From Malacoraja senta (lineage: Eukaryota), in contig JAXLNO010000037.1 of the NCBI GenBank assembly GCA_038087875.1, positions 1 to 43,874 on the forward strand: a stretch of DNA of 43,874 nt, read 5' to 3'. The translations under genes were made by a program, and so were the position numbers. This document shows, in pieces, positions 37,414-43,874 of the stretch. How positions within the stretch are numbered: the stretch's first letter is position 1; each line of letters starts with the position of its first letter. The notes below the pieces were generated by a model. It had not been told where the DNA came from, did not search any database, and saw only the letters and a program-made list of their open reading frames with translations.

Positions 37414-37447
37414 GGCGACGTTTCGGGTCGAGACCCTTCTTCAGACT
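37414..37447 (-). ncRNA. Minimal hammerhead ribozyme motif in pLTR
   Basis: AGU-CUGAAGA-A-GGGUC UC GACCC-GAAAC GUC-GCC. Confidence 0.7.
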
Positions 37448-37549
37448 AATGTGGGGGTGGGGGGGGGGCGGGAAGAAGAATGGAAGAGGTGGAGACAGTG
37501 GGCTGTGGGAGAGCTGGGAAGGGGAGGGGAAAGAAGGAGAAAGCAGGGA

Positions 37550-37945
37550 GTACCTGAAATTGGAGAAGTCAATGTTCATACAGCTGGGGTATAAACTACC
37601 CAAGCGAAATATGAGGTGCTGCTCCTCCAATTTACGGTGGGCCTCACTCTGGTCATGGAGGAGGTCCAGGACAGAAACGTCGGATTCGGAATGGGAGGGG
37701 GAGTTGAAGTGCTGAGCCACCGGGAGATCAGGTTGGTTATTGCTAAACGAGCGGAGGTGTTGGGCGAAGCAATTGCCAAGCCTACGCTTGGTCTCACCGA
37801 TGTAGAGCAGCTGACACCTAGAGCAGCGGATGCAATAGATGAGGTTGGAGGAGGTGCAGGTGAACCTCTGCCGCACCTGGAAAGACTGCTTGGTCCTTGG
37901 ATGGAGTCAAGGGAGGAGGTAAAGCGACAAGTGTCGCATTTCCTT
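37550..37945 (-). pseudogene. GIY-YIG endonuclease domain of Penelope-like ORF
   Basis: FTCTSSNLIYCIRCSRCQLLYIGETKRRL...H...PVAQHFN...EQHLIFRL...MN. Confidence 0.92.
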
Positions 37946-38197
37946 TTTTTTCCGGGGAAGAGAACTTCTTCAAAGTAGGCAAATAGTCCCTGCTTTCTCC
38001 TTCTTTCCCCTCCCCTTCCCAGCTCTCCCACAGCCGACTGTTTCCCGCTCTTCCTTTCTTCTTCCCGCCACCCCCCCCCCCCCCCCCCACCCCCACATCA
38101 GTCTGAAGATGGGTCTCAACACGAAACGTCCCCTATTTCTTTCGCTCCATAGATGCTGCCTCACCCACTGAGTTTCTCCAGCATTTTTGTCTACCTT

Positions 38198-38810
38198 CAA
38201 GCTTTTGTATGTTCTGCCTGATAGGAGAGGGGAGAAGAAGGAATGGCCGGGGTGAAAATGGTCCTTGATTATCTTGGCTGCTTTTCCATAGCAGTGTGAA
38301 GTGTGGATGGAATTGATGGTGTGGAGTCGGGTCTGTGTCATGGACTGGGCTATAATATCAACTCTCTGCAATTCTTATTGTTGCGGGCAGAGCTGTTCCC
38401 AAACCAAGCTGTGATGCAACTCGATAGTGTGAATAAAGAGCCAGAGAGATGAACTTGCTATCGACCTGTTGTGACAATAGGTAACTTACAGTAGATCAAG
38501 GCTGTCCGGGAGGCTGGAGTTAATGTGTGCAATGACAAGCCTCTCAAAGCACTTCATGGAGATGGATGTCAGAGCCACTGGACGGTAGTCATTAAGGCGT
38601 GCTATTTTGCTTTTCTTTGGAAGTGGGATTATAGTGTTTGTCTTAAAGCTGGTTGGGAGGTCAGAACAGAGTAGGGAGAGGTTAAAGATGTCTGTTAATG
38701 CTCCTGTCAGCAAATCTGTGCAGGTCCTGAGGATAAGGCTGGTGACTCCACCTGTGCCACGTTGCTTCACTCTCAGGAAGATCACTTTTATATCCACCAC
38801 AGTGACCTTG
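38198..38810 (-). mobile_element. Rex1/Babar-type LINE remnants (host of the PLE insertion)
   Basis: DIFNLSL...FKTNTIIPLPKK...LNDYRPVALTSISMKCFERLV and HPGHSFFSPLLSGRTYKSL; 3' end continues left of 37320. Confidence 0.85.
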
Positions 38811-39734
38811 GATACATTCACACCCAAGAAATAGTTGATGTTTCGGCAGCAGGGCTCGGTATCTGGTCCCTCGAGTCATTTAGTATTAAGACCTTATAAC
38901 CCTGACTCTTAGTCTGAAGAAGGGTCTCGATCTGAAAAGTTACCTATTCCTTTTCTCTAGAGATGCTGTCTGTCCCCCTGAGTTACTCCAACTTTTTGTG
39001 TCTATCTTCATTTTAAACCAGCATCTACACATCTCCTATATCTGTCAGGTTTATTTGACTTGAACGCTGTGCCTATGAGTGGACTTCACAGTTCATCCAG
39101 GTAATATATTTTAAAAAATAGCCATGACCTTAATGAATGGTGGAGCAGGGTCCATGGACTAGACAGCTTACTCCTGCTCCTGTTTCTTGTGTGAAGTCTA
39201 TCCCAGTCGCCTACAGGCTGAAAATGGGATATCGTATTAATTGCTATGCAATGTATCTCATCTTGGGGTTTGTGATCCCTCACCGTGTACTGGACGTAGG
39301 ATTCACAATAAAACTCGCAAATACAGCCAAGCTAACTGCCAAGTGAAACTTAAACATGGTTTCTTATTTCCTATCCAAGTCTAACAACCTAAAATCCTAT
39401 GGAATAGAAATATTACCTCTGGAATTTCCTTGTATCTTCTGACATAAATGGCAGACAATCCTTTGAAACTCAGAAGCAAGAATGCAATGTTTTTCTTTAA
39501 ATCACTTCTTTGTTGTGCCTTAAACTTGATCTAAAGGAATAGATTTCAAAATCTGCATCCCATTTCCTTCAACATGCCCTAACACTCTCAGTCCTTTTCA
39601 GATTAGATCAGATCAGATTAGGTTATTGTCCTATACACCAGGGTTCATTGAAATTCCTTGTTCACATGAAGTTCAGAGTAAACAGTATAGTGTAATCATA
39701 AATATAACAATAAATACAACTGCAAATCATGCTT

Positions 39735-39995
39735 CACAAATCTGATAGAATATTTTGAAGAGGTCACCATGAGGGTTGATAAGGATAGGGCAGTGGATGT
39801 TATCTATATGGACTTTAGCAAGGCCTTTGACAAGTTCCCAGAACTCTGTAGACACCGAACCTTCTGGTTCATCCATGGTTTCTGGTCAGAGAACACTTGG
39901 ATGGTCGGAGTCTGGATGGTCAGATCACATGGAATCCAAGGTGAACTAGCTAACTGGATTCAACGCTGGCTACAAAGAAGCAGTCAAAGGGTAGT
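39735..39995 (+). mobile_element. CR1 RT fragment
   Basis: AVDVIYMDFSKAFDK...HGIQGELANWIQRWL. Confidence 0.8.
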
Positions 39996-40199
39996 TTGGA
40001 AGGATGAAGAAATGGGCTAGTTTGAAGAAATCACTTCCAAACTACCAACAACATATCTCCTGTAACACGAGGATCAAACACTATTTACCACTGCTAGTCT
40101 ACTATCAAAGATGCCTATTGTTCCATCCTCCTCTCTCACTTTGGAAAATTGGACTAATTGGCTGTGCTCCTTCTTCCTGCATATAGGTAGTGACTGAAG

Positions 40200-42030
40200 A
40201 GCGCAGCCCCAGTGGTGAGGATTGGGTCTGGTCAGGGGAGGCAGAGGAGTGCCTTCATGATGCTTACTCTGCAATATTGGCGGACCCGGCAATGGACCTG
40301 AACGGACACACCACTGTGTTACAGTGTTCAGAAGGAAATGTGTGGAGAAGTGTTTTCTTACGAAGACTATCCAAGTATTCCCAAACCAGAAGCTCTGGAT
40401 GAACCAGGAAGTCTGCAATCTACTGAGGCAATACACAGTTATATAAGAAGTCCACATGCAACCTCGATAAGACCGTCAAGAGGGAAAAGAGATACTTTCA
40501 GTTAAAACTAGAGGGTCAGAAGGATGTTCAGCAATTGTGGCAGGGCTATTACTTCCTACAAGGAGAAACCAAGAAGTATCTTAAGTGACAGCAATGCATC
40601 ACTCCTGGGTGAGCACCTAATTAAATTTGACATTGTTTACCTCACCATCCTACACACTAGGGTCACCTTCCCCTAGCTAACAATGATCTATTCTACATTT
40701 TCCTTGAGCTTCATCCCCTTTGATCTCTCAATTTCACACCTTACCATTCCATATCTCTCGTTTCCCTCTTCCCCGACTTTCAGTCTGAAGGAAGGTCTCG
40801 AACTGAAACATCACCCATTCTTTTTATCCAGAGATGCTGCCTGTGGCACTGAGTTACTCCAGCATTTTGTGTGTATCTTCAATGCTTTCTATGCTCGCTT
40901 CGAAAGGGAGAACATGGATATTCCTTCTTTGGCCCCCACAGTCCTGATATCCCTGTAATTTCAGTCACTAAGGCTGATGTGATGCCGTCCTGTATGGTAT
41001 GGCTGCCCAGCCTGCAGCTGTTCGTTTTTTCACTCTTTATTTTTAATTTTTTAGTGAGTTTTAGTGTTTTGTTTTTGGAGTTCTAGTCTTTTTTTATGTG
41101 GGGTTGGGGGGGGGGAGGGGGAAACTACTTTTCAGGGTCCCTACCTGGTCGGAGAGGCAGCTTTTCTCCGGGCTGCGCTTTCGACCCGTCCTCGCGGCCT
41201 ACCAGAGGGTCTGGAGCGGCGTTTCCTGAGGGGACCGCCCAGAACCTCGGCTTCAGCGGCGGCACAGCGCTGGAGCGCTATCGCAGAGCGGGCAATGCCT
41301 TGCTCGGGTCACCGGGCTGGAACCGCCAGTGAACATCGCGGAGCTGTGGGACTGTGGAGCGGCCAGCCGGGCGGCGGCGCTGACTTTAACATCGGGAGCC
41401 TGGGATCTCTCGCCGAGATCGCCAGTGGTGGAGCTCCATCCAGCTGTTGGGTTCGGAAGCCGCGGTCTTGGGTAAGGATGCAGCCGTTCCAGGCATCCCA
41501 AGCCGCTGAGAGGATTCACCCGACGTGGACATGGGATGCGGACTGGACATTGTGCCTTCCCTCACAGTGGGAACCATTGTGGGGGATGTTTTTTATGTTT
41601 AACTCTCTTATTATTGTTATGTCTGTATTCTTTTTTTTTCTTCTTTTTTTTGTATGTGCTGCATTGGCAAGAAGCATTTCACTACACCAATTGGTGTATG
41701 TGACCAATAAATAACCTTTGAACCTTTGATGTTGGGAGATCCTTCATGACAATGAACCCTCAGAAATGATACGGCCATGACGGTGAACCTGGCGACATTC
41801 ACATATCCTGCACAAACCCAATCTTCCTTACTAAGATTCTAGCTTTTCCATACATTTTAAAAGGACTAGTGCCCAAGAAGAGCAAGGTGACATGCCTCAA
41901 TGACTACCCGCCTGTGGCATGCAGGTCCATTGTGATGAAGTGCTTTGAAAGGTTGGCTATGATGTATATATCAGTTCCTGCCTTTGCAAGAATCTGGACC
42001 CACTACAATTCACTTACTGCCACAACAGAT
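40200..42030 (+). mobile_element. Fragmented Rex1/Babar-type LINE interrupted by younger inserts
   Basis: YPNQKPW-like, [27 protein letters not shown]...MKCFERL. Confidence 0.72.
40981..41726 (+). mobile_element. GC-rich non-autonomous retroelement with Rex-type 3' tail
   Basis: TGATGT TSD (40975-40980, 41727-41732), 3' stem-loop, AATAAA and ACCTTTGA repeats; same tail reversed at 34128-34195. Confidence 0.75.
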
Positions 42031-43066
42031 CAACACCAGCATCTCTGTCACGAGGGAGTTAAAGAGGGGATTATTTCAGGAGTCTTATAGCCATGGGGAA
42101 GAATCTGTTCTCAAGTCTGGACAGTCAGAAACCAAAGTTAATTACAAATGGGCATTTGCACAAAACGTCACTTTTATTTATAGTTCCATTCAAATTACAA
42201 ATTGGCACTTTCATTTCCTGAGAATCCGTTGTTCTAATCTAATCTGTTGAGAGGTTCTTTTGAAGGTTTACAATGCATTTAATTCAGAGTTACATTTACT
42301 ACCCAAAAAGCAGTGCGTTATCAGTGTTTGAAAATACTTGGAATGTCCTTTCCCTGAAGAATCAATTCATCAAAATATATATGTTCATAAATACCAGTCC
42401 CATTTTGTGAACACATCTGAATAATGAAGTGTTCTCAAATCTATTCAGCTAAATTCCAAATGAAAACATAAATTGCTTGGAATTTAAAAAATATATATTT
42501 TGTATAAAATATTGCATTCATCAAAAGGAATCAAAGTTAGTAAACAAGTTAGAAAGGCATATTTGCATATTTTTAACATGTTCTCTTGCTGTTAAAAAAT
42601 ATTTAGCATTGTATATTATGAATTGTGATTAACTAGATAAAATTAATTGATCTAAAGATCTAATGTCATAAATTAATGATTATTAATACATTATGGCACC
42701 CTCTCATATTCTAACACGTATTATATCTACCTATATCTTGAGTTGCATTTGATTGAGATGTATAATCAGTCACCTTGTACCCAATGTTAATAGAAAGTTA
42801 TTGATGTAATCCTTGTTCGTGTTTAAATTTTGGAGGGTCTAAATAAGCAAATTTTGATATTTTGAATGAAAAGCTATAATTGGTTATTATTACAGTTTAT
42901 TTAAAGTATACCAAGAACAATATTATGAGGCTATAACAAAATAAGCTAGCTATGTAAAATATTGTTCAAAGAGTTATGATGTGTAAGAAGTTGGATGTTG
43001 TTCAGGTGTGATGAATCTCTCAGAAATAAGTTGCTTGTCAACTCTTAATATCAATGCTCAAACCAA

Positions 43067-43382
43067 AGTTTAGTGTAGTTTTGTTTAGTTTACAGATACA
43101 GCGTGGAAAGAGGCCCTTCAGCCCACCGAGTCCACGCCGACCAGCGATCCCCATACACTAACACTATACTACACACGAAGGACAATTTACAATTATACCA
43201 AAGCCAATTAACCTACAAACCTATATGTCTTTGGAATGTGGGAGGAAACTGGAACTCCCGGAGAAAACCCAGGCAAGTCACGGGGAGAACATACAAACGT
43301 ACAGACAGCACCCGTAGTCAGGATCGACCCCGGGTCTCTGGCGCTGTAAGGCAGCAACTCTACTGCTGTGCCACCATGCCAC
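43067..43382 (-). mobile_element. tRNA-derived SINE (HE1/V-SINE type), near full length
   Basis: Reverse complement of SINE consensus seen elsewhere in the window. Confidence 0.9.
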
Positions 43383-43560
43383 CAAAGTTGTGGAGTTGCA
43401 ATCCCACAGTTGTTCGGTGTTTCAGCAGAAAAGGGAGACAATTAGAAGCTAAACCAAAAAAATAATAATTTCAAACAATATTGTAAGCCATACACTTTAT
43501 TAGAATTGGTGGAAAAAGTTAACACTCATCATATGGTTTAAGTAAATGTGTGTTACTAAA

Positions 43561-43579
43561 TCTATATACTTTTAAAACT

Positions 43580-43612
<33 letters not shown>

Positions 43613-43874
43613 TGCGTGTGTGCGTGCGTGCGCCATTTTGCATTTGAAACGTATTTCCTCGAAAACCGGACACAAAAACGCAGAGGTTTTACATATTTCG
43701 GTAGGGATTTAACTTATGATCTCAGAAATGCACTCCTCTCTAGATTTGATCAATTATTTCCCCAGATTTTGAATAAAAGTGTTCACAAAAAATCAAAACA
43801 TTTAAAAATCAAACTGCTGCATGAGTCACCGTGCCACCTCACAGATGTTCAATCACAATGGATCTCATTTACAT
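43561..43874 (+). mobile_element. Probable non-autonomous Helitron 5' portion (runs off window)
   Basis: A|TCTATATACTTTTAAAACTC start followed by (TG)n(CGTG)n microsatellite 43581-43632; 3' CTRR end not visible. Confidence 0.55.

Larger units (their letters stand above)
37321..38197 (-). mobile_element. 5'-truncated Penelope-like element (Neptune-like) with inverted 5' pLTR and TSD
   Basis: GIY-YIG ORF, about 200-bp inverted pLTR arms, TTCAAGC(A/T)TTTGTAT at 37306-37320 and 38196-38210. Confidence 0.92.

Noticed and set aside
41064..41714. 216-aa ORF
   Set aside because: Chance ORF in the GC-rich TSD-bounded element; no domain motifs
42561..42568. Octamer motif ATTTGCAT
   Set aside because: Expected by chance in AT-rich DNA; no supporting promoter context

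Overview
Repeat-dense vertebrate genomic DNA, almost certainly from a cartilaginous fish (skate- or ray-like, inferred from HE1/V-SINE-type SINEs and their partner CR1 LINEs). There is no prokaryotic content and no confidently identifiable host gene. Main contents: (1) two full-length, direct-orientation DIRS1-like tyrosine-recombinase retrotransposons (1539-6347, 27371-32170) with intact ITR/ICR ends but many shared disabling lesions; (2) a young Passport-like Tc1 transposon (13217-14839); (3) many Penelope-like element (PLE) 3' ends and pLTR fragments carrying a minimal hammerhead-ribozyme motif, including a TSD-flanked copy with a GIY-YIG ORF and an inverted pLTR (37321-38197); (4) three PIF/Harbinger-type MITEs sharing a 14-bp terminus; (5) tRNA-derived SINEs, CR1 and Rex1/Babar LINE fragments, a GC-rich Rex-tailed non-autonomous element, a probable solo LTR and a Helitron-like 5' end. 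A CpG-enriched unique segment near 9.5-11 kb may hold a host promoter and exon. The element classes are known; the possibly new parts are specific architectures (spliced and trans-mobilised defective DIRS, ribozyme-bearing palindromes, composite MITE, GC-rich SINE-like element). Boundaries of old repeats are approximate.
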